A DNA stretch of 64,000 nt from Phoronis australis (Eukaryota; Animalia; Phoronida): the NCBI GenBank assembly GCA_002633005.1, contig NMRA01000843.1:1-64000 (forward strand), in the 5' to 3' direction. A model generated the notes under the pieces. That model was given only the letters and a program-made list of their open reading frames with translations, was not told where the DNA came from and did no database searches. The first letter of the stretch is position 1. Every line of letters starts with the position of its first letter. The position numbers and the translations under genes were made by a program. Shown piece after piece: positions 1-13,673 of this stretch.

Positions 1-136
1 TCACTAAAAATGCAGGAACTATCTAAATTTGGCGAATGCACAACTCATAGCTCTGAACGTACCCCGTGAATCTTAGTAAAGGGTCTACATTCTCAAAATT
101 CGAGCACCCCCATTTTTAGGTAGGGTGCGCGCATGT
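1..136. mobile_element. Right end of a short hAT-like MITE (family also at 14814-15029, 20945-21164, 21400-21512)
   Basis: Ends in GGGTGCGCGCATG; shares 'aaattcgagc(a)cccc...ggtgcgc' and 'catagctctgaac...gtgaatctta' with the other copies. Confidence 0.5.
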
Positions 137-368
137 CATAAACTCACGTTGTTACGCTAACGCTTATACCGGAACTACTTGCATTTGAACCAACGTGTGT
201 TGAATTCCAGTGTAATGTACATTGGGCATTGTATTTAATAGTGTATAGTTTTCCATTCATAACTTTTAGCCTTCTGTGATAATAAATTTGGGGGTTTCAT
301 TGTCCCAGATTAAAATTTAAAACTACCTGAATCAATGTTTTAAGATCGACTCTGCTCCATTGCTTTTA

Positions 369-3300
369 ACCTGGTTCCCGGGCCTCACAAGCTGACGTCA
401 CGGATTGCTTGTGAAGGCCCAGGTACAGGGCACTAGAGCGATGGTTTTCATTGGCTGTCAGCTGGCAATTTTTAACCAGGAAGTTTGCTCTGCGCATGCT
501 GACATCCGGTATTATGTTATCAGGTCGCTAGGTGTCGCGAGAGTCAAAGTTATTTTACGACTGGGTCGCGTTTGCGGTCGGGGGTAACTCTCTGGTGAGG
601 TAGATGTTTATATGTTGTGATATTACCAACAAACTGTTGTGAAATCATGTAATTATCGATTCCTTATTAGGAAAATAAACCTGAATTAACAATGGCTTCA
701 CTCTTTTGGCATTTTTTCAGTTTCTTTGTTTGAACGCTGTTTATGAATTGAAAACGGTCCTGAAATCCTGGATCCTTCCCTGCTGTAAGATCTTACCGCA
801 GGGGATGATACAGCATTTTGAGTTAGGGGGTAGGGGTAAGGGCAGAGTATTTTGCCCGTCAAACATTTGCACCCCCAAGCTGCCAAATGGAATCTGGGAG
901 AATTTTAGGCAGGCCCGGCCATGGCCTCCTTGCCGCCCCCCCCTCCCCCCTATGCGTCTCTGTACAGTGTTACAGTAGATACTTCTGGCACCCAATTTCC
1001 ACCACTTCGCAGCCTACACAGTATTCATCCCCTAGAACGCCACAATTTTCGACCCTCCAGGTAGCCACGATTCTCAAGCTACACCCCTCACCTCGTTGAC
1101 ATTCTAATTTTTTCAGTCTTCCCCATTTCCCTTTTTAAGGTGGGACCCCACACAACTTGAGGGTCCTAAGCCATTCAGATCACCTTGGGTATATTCAGGG
1201 CCTCAATTTTCTCATTGGAGGTGAATTTAACCTGCGTGATCATCAAACATAGTGGAGAATGATTGGCCATGATAAAGTTCGCCCATGCACTGAAAACATT
1301 AAACTTCCAAGGGCATCCAGAACACCTCGGGTGTTTTTGTAACCTCAAATTTCACCTAATAGGTGAATGCTCTCTGCATGTGTGCGGACTTCAGTTTGCC
1401 TATTATTGTCAAGATTGAAAATCACGTGACTTGCCATATTTTGGATAACATTCATCTCCGAGAGGATAATTGAGGCTACGAAAATACCTGAAGTGTTTCT
1501 AAGAAAAATTTGTAAATGTAAATAGGGAAATAGCCGAGGTGCACCCGATGTTCCGAGGGTAAATTTGTAGCTACGAAAATACCCAAGAGGTGTTCCAAAT
1601 GGGCCATAACCTTTAGTTTTGTACATAATCGAGTACTACATGTAGAAGAATCTCCACCCATTTAGACAGTGGCTAAAAAGACATTATGTTTGTGGTCCGA
1701 GGTTTAGACTTAAATAAAATTGTAGCCTAATGTTTCAAATGCACAATCTTTTTATGAGAGCTAATGCTATCAAATGAATCCTTTCGTAGTGATTCTTGGA
1801 CAGCTGTCTTTTTCACCCATTAAGCTTGAAGAAGTCAGCTCAGAGATTCCTGTTGTCAAAAATCAGTCTGGTGTCCAAGGTTTTACAAATACAGGTATCG
1901 TATTAAAACCCCTTTTGCAGTAGGAAAAAGGTACCATTTGCAGTGTTTTTAACTTCCAGAGTGAAGCCCGTTGTATTCATGGGAAAAAAGTTTGCTTTGG
2001 TAGGGCTTTTTCAAGCACCATTTTGAAGAGAAATTGTTTGAGAAAAATCACCCAGTTCAGTGTCGTGTCTTGTATAAACCTATGGGAGTACCCCCCTTGG
2101 AATGGTTTTAGGAGGGTGCTATGAAAGCTCAAGGATGGTCGAATGAACCCTATCCCTATACCTAACTATGTGTGTTGAACATCTTGGAAAGTAAAAGCAC
2201 AATTGTTGATTTCAGAATGCGCTTATCAGATGGTGTCTTATAGCTTCCAGATTTCCTTCGAATTAAATCCCTTTAAGTTGCTATAAATGGGTCTTATGTG
2301 AAAAAGAATAAATTTTGATCTGATCAACTTACCACTACATACAGGAATTGAAATGACAATAAGAGGAATTTTTTCCAGGTGATTATCATTTCACAAATAG
2401 GCTTGTGTGATAAAAATATTTTTGTGTTGTGAAATTAAACTGAAATAAATGTTTTTGCATGAATCAAGCCAAAAATGATGATAAAAAGAAGCTGGAAATC
2501 AAATAAAAGGAAATAAAAACAAACAAGGAAAATTCCAAGCCCTATATAAATCCCTGTCTCAACTTGTTCCTTAGTGGACTTGGAAGAATTCAAACTTTGT
2601 TATTGCTCAAAGCCATGGTTATTGCAACAGGTCTTAAGCAATAACAAACTATCCGTTCAACCGAAGCCAATATACCACATGTAATGTCAGTAAGGAACAG
2701 TACAAGATCAAGAGTCTAATCACAAGCACACACATGAAGATGAACATCAGACACTAGTATCCAAATCCTCTACCAATCTTCATGGGAGTGCTTGTGATTT
2801 TTGCCAGTAATTTGGCCAAAAAACAACATTGTTTGTACCAGACCAATCTTATATTCTTACATGACGGTTCTAAAAAGAGTTTGGGTAAATAGCAGCTTGA
2901 AAAATGGTACAATTTGTGGATATGGAATGTCAAAAAGGTTCATTTTTCAACAGTTTAGTACTTGGAGGCTCTGCATGAACAAGGGACAGGGACAGGGAAG
3001 CTAGGCAAGAACAAAATGGAATGAATTTCTATCAGGGGAAGGGTTTGCAATGAGGATGGGATAGCCCTGTTGTGCGCCCACGGCTATGTTAATGCCCAGA
3101 CTTAGTACTTCAGTCTATCGCTAAACTAAACCATATTTGTAATCAATACATCAGCAAAATAAAGTTCCCGATGGTTAGATACATTTCTTGGCATTTTGTG
3201 TGTTTTGTAGCTTATGAGTATACTATTTCTAGAAACACATTAATGATGTCAACGTGAGGGTGTTTGCCAGTGCGAATGTTCTGAAGCATTTCACACTGCC

Positions 3301-3455
3301 CAACTCTTGCCACGAGGAGGCCCCCTCAGTAAGAGTCAAATTTGTAATTTTTGAAAAACTGTTCGAAAAGACCGAAATGTTGACTAAAATCACTGCTGTA
3401 CTATGTAGATCATAACCACAAGAATGAAACACTAGCATGTTGTTCAAAACACTGA
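369..3455 (+). mobile_element. Left arm of a ~3 kb inverted repeat (foldback-like or non-autonomous DNA element)
   Basis: Starts TA|ACCTGGTTCCCGGGCCTCACAAGCTGACGTCACGGA; co-linear reverse complement of 10034-13673 along its whole length; no coding potential. Confidence 0.85.
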
Positions 3456-3481
3456 TCGAACACAATGGTAATAGTCACATG

Positions 3482-6400
3482 CAGTGTTTTCAACTGCACA
3501 ACAGGAACCTGTTTTTCACTGAATAGCAGACATTAAAACTTGTTCTCAAAATGCGGATTGCCAGTGAGTGACTATTGCCTGGATAACAATCCTACATATC
3601 TAACGCGCAAGAAACCGTCAATTTACTTTAAGTGACCCAACTCAAAATCTTTGAAGTACCCTGAGCTCCCAATTTTAAAATATGAGATGTTTTTGCAACT
3701 AGTCATTTCAACGAATCAGGTTTTTAAATCCACTTGCTAACAATTTCTAACTCCAGGATGCTTTGATTACAGCGAACCTTAGTGGTTTCGGAATGGTTTA
3801 GAATGGTTCCAAGACATTGTTTTGCAATTAGACTGAAATTAATAGATGATTGTTGCAAACTGCAACACTTGATGTCATGTGAATGTAGAAAGCAAAAAAT
3901 GAAACAGTCGACGAGTCGGAGTCCACGAGAGAGAGGACACTTGCATAGATTGCATATGACCAAATGTGCCCCTCTGACCAGTGACTCAGGCATTACAAAA
4001 GTCAGCATGAAAGGGCGAATTTCCAAATAAATTCCACACAAAAATATTTACTTTTTGGTTTGAACTGTATAAAATGATCCATTTTTCGACCAAAACCACT
4101 GAAAGTTTCATATACAACTGAGACTTGTTATGTTAAAAAGAACACTGCCCAGAGAGATTCTTGCTGAAATTCAATTCCCTGTAAATAATAACTTTGCTTA
4201 ACTATTTTATCAGAAAAGTTGACTCTTTCATTGAGGCTCTCACCAAAATGGGTCAGTTTTAATGACTGTGCCAACTCACAAAAGGGTGAGGTTTTATCTT
4301 GCTGATTATAGAAAAGAGTGGGTATAATCATAATTTCACAGCAACAAACAACCTCCGAAATAATTGAATACTCCGTATGACTGTACGATTGCAATCAAAG
4401 GCATGCACTGCTGAATGGCACCGCCAAAAGCGATAAAATCAGTCATTATAACACTATTGCTAGACTGATTAATGTTTGCGTGTTTAGGACCATTGACTGT
4501 ATTTTTATGCTCCTAACTTCTGTTAGAAGTGACATGTGTGCCAGTGACAGTGTATTATATCCTTATCTGACCCACCAGTTCAACCTTCACAGCATTCACG
4601 GGAACTTATATAACACACATGAACATGTTAACATACGAGAGGGTGTGCTCTAAAAAGATCGAGACTCAGCAAGTCCTTTCCCGCTATTCGGTGATAGTAC
4701 GCGACTGTTGTTGTGGGTGGCCTAATGGAGTAATGGTATTGGTAATGGCATATTTCTTCCACAAATTAATTAGTAAAAAATCACATTACTTCAGAATCCA
4801 GCATAGTATACTGGACAATTATCATAAAATGTTTCGTATACGTTACTGGTGATGTATTCCTTGACTCGTTAGCATTGAAATGCGGGAGTTCGATGAAAAC
4901 AAGAGAGATTTAAACGGCTGTAAATCCATCGACATTCTTTTACTGGAAGTCGCCATGTTGGTGAACTAGTTTGCACTGAGCAAAACATAATGGTAATAGT
5001 AACATACCGGGCACCCCCACTTTGAGAACCAGTGTTTTCTACTGTATAACAGGAATCTGTTTTTCATTGAATAGCAGGCGTTAAAACTTGTTCTCAAAAT
5101 TTGGATTGCCAGTGAGTGACTATTGCCTGGATAACAATCCAACCCAAGTAACGCACAAGAAACCGTCAATTTGAGTTTAGTGACCCAACTTAAAATCTTT
5201 GAAGTACGCTGAGCTCCCAATTTTGAAATGTGAGATGTTTTTGCAACTAGTAGTCATTTTAACAAACCAGGTTTTTAAAGTTTGCTTGCATACAATGTCT
5301 AACTCGAGGATGCTTTGATTACAGCGAACCTTAGTAGTTTCAGAATGTTTAAGAATGGTTCTGAGATCTTGTTTTGCAATTAGACTGAAATTAATAGATG
5401 ATTGTTACAAACTCTACAACACTTGACATGTGAACGTGGAAAGAAAAAATGAAACAGTCGACGAGTCGGGGTCCAGGAGAGGAGACTTGCATAGATTTTA
5501 TATGACCAAATGTGACACTCTGACCAGTGACTCGGCATTGCAAAAGTCACCATGAAAGGGCGAATTTCCAAATAAATTCCACACAAAAATATTTACTTTT
5601 TGGTTGGAAATGTATAAAATAATCCATTTTAGCACCAAAACCACTTAAGGTTTCAGATGCAACTGAGGTTTGTTGTTTTAAAAAGAATACAACCCAGAGA
5701 GCTTTTTGCTGAAACTCAATTCCCTGTAAATAATAACTTTGCATAATAATGTTATCAGAAAAGTTGACTCTTCCATTGAGGCTCTCACCAAAATGGGTCA
5801 GTTTTAATCACTGTGCCAACTCAAAAAAGGGTGAGGTTTATCTTGCTGACTATACTAAAGAGTGTGTATAATCCTAATTTCACAGCAACAAACACCCTCC
5901 GAAATAACTGAATACTCCGTACGACTGTAGGATGGCAGTCAGAGGCACTGCTGAATGGCACCACCAAAAGCGATGTCAGTCATTATAAAACTATTGCTAG
6001 ACTGGTTAATGTTGGTATGTTTAGGACCATTGACTGTATTTTTATGCTCCTAACTTCTGTGGGTAGTGACAAGTGTGCCAGTGTATTATATATACATTAC
6101 AATGACAATGTCAATGAATAGCAGTATTTCAGCATATATCCTTATCTGACCCAATTCAACCTTCACGGTAATCACGGGAGCTTACACAACGCACATGAAC
6201 ATGTTAACATACGAGAGGGTGTGCTCTGAAAAGATCCGAGACAATCTCCCACGGCTGCGACGCACTCAGCTACTCCTTTCCCACTATTCGGTGCTGTAGT
6301 ACGCCTAAAATGACTGTTGTGTTGAGAGTTGTTGTGGGTGCCCTAATTTCCTCCACAAATTATTTCGTAAAAAGTCACATCACTTCAGAATCCAGCATAG

Positions 6401-6566
6401 TATACAAGGTTATTATCATGAAATGTTTCATATACGTTACTGGTGATGTATTCCTAGACTCGCTAGCTTTGAAATGCGGGAGTTTGATGAAAACAGAGAG
6501 ATTTAAACGGCTGTAAATCCATCGACATTCTTTTACTGGAAGTCACCATGTTGGTGAACTAGTTTG
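3482..6566 (+). repeat. Direct tandem duplication of ~1.5 kb (3482-4972 and 5030-6566)
   Basis: Both copies start 'cagtgttttc..actg' and end 'ccatgttggtgaactagtttg'; co-linear with scattered substitutions and indels. Confidence 0.9.
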
Positions 6567-7782
6567 ACCTATTATACAACTGACCAATAGAATGCCTTGT
6601 TTCTTGAAATCGGAACAGCCAATGATATTCCAAGAATGCGGATGGAAAAGTGCCCTGTAGCAGACCCCAACCAATCTCGTGGGTCTGTGTAGGAGACTAC
6701 ATTGCTTTGCGACTTTACTCGCTAGTATAGGCTGACTGGCGTGGCTTTCACACTGAATTTCGTCCCAGGGGGTGATTCTCAACTGCAGTTTTAACGGGGA
6801 TGCAGCTGGAAAATCAAGACACTCGCCCATCTGGGAGTGGATGCATCAAAAATTATTTGGACGTAGCTTCCTCGAAATGTCACCCTTCCAGTAGGGCACC
6901 GTTCCGGAAACATCGTTTTTGTAGAGATTTATTCCATATACCTAAATCCTATCGTAGAAACAGGTGGATTTATAAACTGTTCAGATTGAAAGAGTACATG
7001 GAGATATGTGATGTTAAACATAAATCTTTTGTAACCAGTTTTAAACGTAACATTTTTTAAAACCATTCTGAAGAATTGTGTAGTTGGTGGAACCTTGTGT
7101 GCCTTGGGTAGTTTTTAACTCATGAAGTGGCACTTTGTAGCGAATCAAATCCTAAAAGCAACATTTTGCATTAAAGCACTATTTCGTACTAGGGAAACTG
7201 CAGGCCCTGAAAAGTTACCTTTCTGAGTGGCATGTCTCGTACACCGCTTTTATGGGAGTAACCCCGATTGTTTGTGTGCGACAGTTGTCCTGTTGTTGCA
7301 GACAGCTGTCAGTTTTTCTGAATCCTTGCCAAGTAGATGTTACTTGAAAAGCTATTCTCCTGAGTGTAGAGGCAAAAAACTGAAATACATTGGAGGAGTA
7401 ACCTCTAAAGCAAAACACCTGGAATCGTTTAAATCTAATTAGCAACTATTCTTTTGTACTTATATTTGTTCAACTTGACGAACCTGTATTCTAGAAAAAT
7501 TGATTTTAGAATTCCTAAAGTAGTTAATTAGTATGATGTCATTATTTAGTTGCTGACATAACCTCTGAATCAACACTACGCTCAAAATTTAGTTTTGGAA
7601 AATTTTTCCTCAAATATGAAAGATTGATTTATTTGTTTGAAATGTATTGATTATTAGCCACCTTGTGTGATATTACTTTTGAATTTTTTTGTATTTTTAT
7701 AATGGGCGCGCGCGCGTGTATCCAGTGTATTTCTGTCATTGAGACAAGGAAGTATCTGTTTCTGCGGAGGCTGGAAACGAAC

Positions 7783-8218
7783 ATGTGGCTTCTCAGGACA
7801 ATATTTGTGAGTTTTGCTTTCTGGTGGATTGGATTTCTTTCACACTGTGTCCAGTCAAAGGTCTATTTCAAAAGGAAGCAGGCACTCCAGATCACCAACT
7901 TGATGAAGCATGAATTCTTGAACACGAGTGACTTATCTGACTGCTGTGTGGCATGTTATGGTGAACGTGAATGTACCGGTTTTGCTTTTGACGCCGACTC
8001 CATGACCTGTACTCTATACGTCGTCGAAGTTTGCAGTGCCGACGAACCACAGCGGAAGGATATTGAGATTTATGTTAAGGTAAAAAAATGTTAAGCACCT
8101 TTCGCACTAGTTGTCGAAGTTAATAATTATGTGCTGATTTCGGTTGACACTTTCAAAACTCTAATTTTAGGTTTGGCCAACACCAATAAAATCTGAAGCG
8201 TTTTATTTGAGTCACTGA
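7783..8218 (+). CDS. Small secreted PAN/Apple-domain protein; exon 1 7783-8079, probable exon 2 8171-8218
   Basis: Signal-peptide-like N-terminus MWLLRTIFVSFAFWWIGFLSHC; PAN core CCVACYGERECTGFAFDADSMTCTLY...IEIYVK; donor AAG|GTAAAA at 8079/8080; acceptor ctaattttag| at 8170 gives in-frame VWPTPIKSEAFYLSH*. Confidence 0.7.
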
Positions 8219-10033
8219 TGGTTTCATTGTTCATTTTCGGGTAACGAAAATAGAATCAAAAGAAAATGTTTTGTGGAAGCAAGAAGCTTGATTCGACTTC
8301 CGTTTTTAATCACCTAAATGTACACGATTCACAGTGCGCAGAAGCAAACAGTATTTTCACATGTTTTAACAACGGTCGTTCTAAGAAGTGAACACAAATT
8401 TAAAATAACGATTACACGGACTTTGGGCCTCGCAGGACTAATTATAGATTAAGCCGAAATCACAAACTTCAAGCTTGCATAATAATCCAGTTAGTGACTG
8501 TGAGCCTGTCCTGAAAGCTATCTTTGTATGTAATTAGGAACCTGGACTCACTGCATTAAACAATAAGTATGAAAAATGTATGTAACGGGGCGCGTGCTTC
8601 ACGCACGTAATCTGTTTGTAAATAAGTATTTAGTAGTTTCTTGTGCATTGTTGCAGAGGAATGAGACACGTGTAGACTTGTGTTTCAGTTTACTATTTCA
8701 CGAACCACAAGAAAAAAAACACCCTATAATATAAGACGATGGAAATGGCAAAACTATTACAATAGCCGCACACCACACATACCATCAACAACATAACAGA
8801 GTACACTGCCTTGTAATTTAGTCGCACGCATTAATGCTGAATTACGCAAATTAGACAATGTAAAGTTACGCTGCCATACCATCCAACAGCGAAGTACACA
8901 ACGCAAATGCCAGTAGAATTACAAACATAACGCGTCACTACTTCTGAGTGCGTCACTACCTGGGCTGTATGAAAACATATCTGTAAACAACGAACACTAA
9001 TATCACAACAGTAGAGAAACTATGAAACTATTACAATTCGTAACTTAAAGTTGCATGTCGCTCTCTTTAGCTGGCTTAAAAACAAAAATTGGGTTTGGAT
9101 TTTTACTCTGATAAAGTTAGTGTCATAGAATTCTCTTCCTTGTATGGATCATAATTCCGTTATCAACTCAAGTCTCAAACCAATGCGCCGCTTGACTTCG
9201 CAGTTATGGGCTTGTCAAGCCCAATACATTGTGAAACGTTTTCTTGAGTCTTGGTAGTTAAGGAGATCTCGATGGTGACCGAAATAGAATCCTATCATTA
9301 TAAGAGATATCAGACCGAGTTTTGATAGTAAAAGGCTTAAAATTCGTTTCTAGCGGGATTTAACTGCCTTGTCGTTTTCTTGTATTTCAGCAAACCGACT
9401 TGATTAAATACCGACCACAGCCAGGTAATAACAGCGACTTTCAATTATGTGTTACGTTCAAATGTCGAGTATTTTCATTTTATTCCTTGATTTAATTGGT
9501 GATTGAGAAATACTCTTATTTTTGGAGACAATACCTTAGGAATACGAGTCACGAACGTTGAAACCATTTAAAGATCGTATAAACCTATCTCGTGTCCTTA
9601 CAACCAATATCGTTATTTCAAGAAAAGCCTGGAGAGTAAAGTGGTGTCCAATTTCATTCACTGTGTTTCAAAGTAGCTCCGAACAAGCTGGCACTTTACG
9701 TTGGACCACCTTGCGGCCAATTTGCCGCGTACTACAAAAAGTTTACAATGCTAGTGCAACCTTTAGCATTTAATGACCAGGCAATCGGGGTTTCAGAGTT
9801 CAGATTGAAGAATTTAAAGAAAGTCTTTTCATTGATTCTTAAAGTTTAGTTGATCCTGATCCCCTGTGCAGGCTACGCAACATGTGCTGGCTACAGTCGC
9901 CGGCACATTGCCAACGTCTAAACCCTCCGAGTTTTCTTATATCGCTTTGGAGTGTGTGGGCAGGTGCTACGACACGACTTATAAGTAAAACCTCGTATGC
10001 TATACTTGTCGAATAAGGATGTTTCTTTTTATN

Positions 10034-13000
10034 GTGTTTTGAGCAACATGCTAGTGTTTCATTCTTGTGATCTACATAATACAGCAGTGATTTTAGTCAA
10101 CATTTCGGTCTTTTCGGACAGTTTTTCAAAATTACAAATTTGACTCTTAATGAGGGGGCCTCCTCGTGGCAAGAGTTGGGCAGTGTGAAATGCTTCAGAA
10201 CATTCGCACTGGCAAACACCCGCACGTTGACATCATTAATGTGTTCCTAGAAATAGTATATACTCATAAGCTACAAAACACACAACATGCCAAGAAATTT
10301 ATCTAACCATTGGGAACTTTATTTTGCTGATGTTTTGATTTGAAATATGGTTCAGTTTAGCAATAGACTGAAGTACTAAGTCTGGGCATTAACATAGCCG
10401 TGGGCGCACAACAGGGCTATCCTCTCCTCATTGCAAACCCTTCCCCTGATAGAAACTCATTTCAGTTTTGTTCTTGCCTAGCTTCCCTGTCCCTGTCCCC
10501 TGTTCATGCAGTGCCTCCAAGTTGCCTCACATTACAGTCATTGGTTGCCACTAATTTCAAGTTTAGCAACCTCTTGAATAATTCTGACTACACCAGTGTT
10601 GCTATGTGAATAGGTTACTAAAGACCCGACTGCCATTCAAGTTTCACATTCCCTGCCTTGGGAAAGCACTGACCATTATGAAATTAACACCTGGGCCCTG
10701 GGTTTCAACTTTTTGCTCAGAATTATTTTTGTTATTTTCTATGAACTCGAGATAAGTTTCTTTTATTCTATGTGCTTATTGATGGCAATTAATGATCCCA
10801 GCATTAGAGCTAAGAGTTCGAGTAAGAGGTTTTGCTAGAAATCTAGAGTTTTTACTCAAATTTTAGCTCGAATCTAGTGGTAATTAAGTACTATCTTGAT
10901 CTCCCAAGAAAGTGGAGTAGAAGTGACAAAAACAATTTCGAGTTCGATTTGGATTGAAAGTTTCACTCTAGAGGTGTATTCCCAAAACATGATCGCATAA
11001 TCCCTTTTCAGGGTTTTAAGTCAATCCATACTAGACTGGGTTGGAATCTGTTTAGCCCAAAAAGCATTTAAATGCTATGTGGAGAATAATAAAACATCTG
11101 TACTAAACTGTGTTGAAAAAATGAACCCTTTTGAAGTTCCTTAACCATTTTTCTAGCTGCTATTAACCCAACCTCTTTTTACAGTCGTCATGTAATAATA
11201 TAAGATTGGTCTGGTATAAACAATGTTGTTTTTGGCCAAATTAGTAGCAAAGATCACAAGCACTCACATGAAGATTGGCATTGGATTTGGATACTAGTGT
11301 CTGACGTCAATCTTCATGTGTGTGCTCGTGATTAGACTCTTGATCTCGTACTGTTCCTTACTGAGATTACATGTGGTATATTGGCTTCGGTTGAACTGAT
11401 AGTTTGTAATTGCTTAAGACCTGGTGCAATATCTATGGCTTTGAGCAATAACAAAATTTGAATTCTTCCAAGTCCACTAAGGAACAAGTTGAGACAGGGA
11501 TATATACAAGGCTTGGAATTTTCCTTTTTTTGTTTTTATTTTCTCTTATTCGATTTCCAGCTTCTTTTTTATCAACATTTTTTGGCTAACTTGATTCATG
11601 CAAAAACATTTATTTCAGTTTAATTTTACAACACAAAAATATTTCTATCACACAAGCCTATTTGTGAAATGATAGATCACCTGGAAAATTTTCCTCTTAT
11701 AGTTATTCCAATTCCTGCATATAGTGGTACGTTGTTCAGATCAAAATGTATTCTTTTTCACATAAGATGCATTTATAGCAACTTAAAGGGATTTAATTCG
11801 AAGGAAATGTGGAATCTAGAAGACACCATGTGATAAGCGCATTCTGAAATCAACAATTGTTCTTGTACTTTCCAAGATGTTCAGCACACATTGTTAGGTA
11901 TAGGGATAGGGTTCATTCCACCATCCTTGGATTTTCTGAGTACCCTCCTAAAACCATTCCAAGTGGGTACTCCCACAGGTTTATACAAGGTACGACACTC
12001 AACTGGGTGAATTTTCTCAAACAATTTCTCTTCAAAATGGTGCTTGAAAAAATCCCTACCAAAGCAAACTTTTTCTCATGAATACAACGGGTTTAAATCT
12101 GGAAGCTAAAAACACTGCAAATGGTACCTTTTTCCTACTGCAAAAGGGGTTTTAATACGATACCTGTATTTTTAAAACCTTGGAAACCAGACTCATTTTT
12201 GACAACAGGAACCTCCGAGCCGACTTCTTCAAGCTTAATGGGTGAAAAAGACAGCTGTCCAAAAATTACTACGAAAGGATTCAGTTCTTAGCATTAGCTT
12301 TTATAAAAAGATTGTACATTTGAAACATTAGGCTACAATTTTATTGAAGTCCAAACCTCGGACCACAAACATAATGTTTTTTTAACCACTGTCTAAACCG
12401 GTGGAGATTCTTCTAGTACCAGATGTGCACAAAACGAAAGGTTAGGGCCCATTTGGAACACCTCTCGGGTATTTTCGTAGCTACAAATTTACCCTCGGAA
12501 CATCTGGAGCACCTTGGCTATTTTCCTATTTACATGTACAAATTTTTCTTAGAAACAATTCAGGTAATTTCGTAGCCTCAAATATCCTCTCGGAGATGAA
12601 TGTTATCCAAAATATGGCAAGTCACGTGATTTTCAATCTTGACAATAATAGGCTAACTGCAGTCCGCACACATGCAGAGAGCGTTCACCTATTTGGTGAA
12701 ATTTGAGGTTACGAAAACACCCGTGGTGTTTTGGATGCCCTTGGAAGTTAATGTTTTCAGTTCATGCTCAAACTTTATGGCCAATCATTCTCCACTAAGT
12801 TTGATAATCATGCAGGTTAAATTCACCTCCAGTGAGAAGGTTGAGGCCCCGATCTGAATGGCTTAGGACCCTCAAGTTGTGCGGGGTCCCACCTCAAAAA
12901 GGGGAATGGGGAAGAAAAAATTAGTATGTCAACGAGGTGAGGGGTGTAGCTTGAGAATTTTGGCTGCCTGGAGGGTCGAAAATTGTGTTGTTCTAGGAGG

Positions 13001-13673
13001 TGAAGACTGTGTAGGCTGCGAAGTGGTGGAAATTGGGTGCCAGCAGTGTCTACTGTAACACTGTACAAAGACGAATAGGGGAAGGGGGGGCGCGGCAAGG
13101 GGGTCATGGCCCTGCCTAAAATTCTCCAAGATTCAATTTGGCAGTTTGGGGGTGCAAATGTCTGACGGGCAAAATACTCTGCCGTTGCCCCTAACCCCCT
13201 CCCCCCTAACTCAAAATCCTGGATCATCCCCTGCTGTAAGATCTTACAGCAGGGGAGGATCCAATTCCAGAATTTCGTGACGTTTTCAATTCATAAAAAG
13301 CGTTCAAAAATGAAACTGAAAAAATAGCCAAGTGAAAAGAGTGAAGCCATTGTTAATTCAGGTTTATTTTCCTAATAAGGAATCGATAATTACATGATTT
13401 TACTTCAGTTATTTGGTAATATCACAATATATAAACAGCTACCTCACCACAGAGTTTCCCCGACCGCAAACGCAACCCAGTCGCAAAATAACTTTTTACT
13501 CTAGGGACACCTAGCGACCTGATAACGTAATACCGGATGTCAGCATGCGCAGAGCAAACTTCCTGGTTAAAAATTGCCAGCTGACAGCCATTGAAAACCA
13601 TCGTTCTAGTGCGCTGTACCTGGGCCTTCACAAGCCATCCGTGACGTCAGCTTGTGAGGCCCGGGAACCAGGT
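10034..13673 (-). mobile_element. Right arm of the ~3 kb inverted repeat, carrying an extra ~580 bp segment (10523-11099)
   Basis: Ends ...GAGGCCCGGGAACCAGGT|TA; reverse complement of 369-3455; begins immediately after the single N at 10033. Confidence 0.85.

Noticed and set aside
7663-7782. N-terminal 40 aa of the 143-aa ORF
   Set aside because: Begins at a non-ATG codon; the signal peptide starts at ATG 7783
9000-9760. Possible decayed LINE
   Set aside because: No RT motif could be read with confidence
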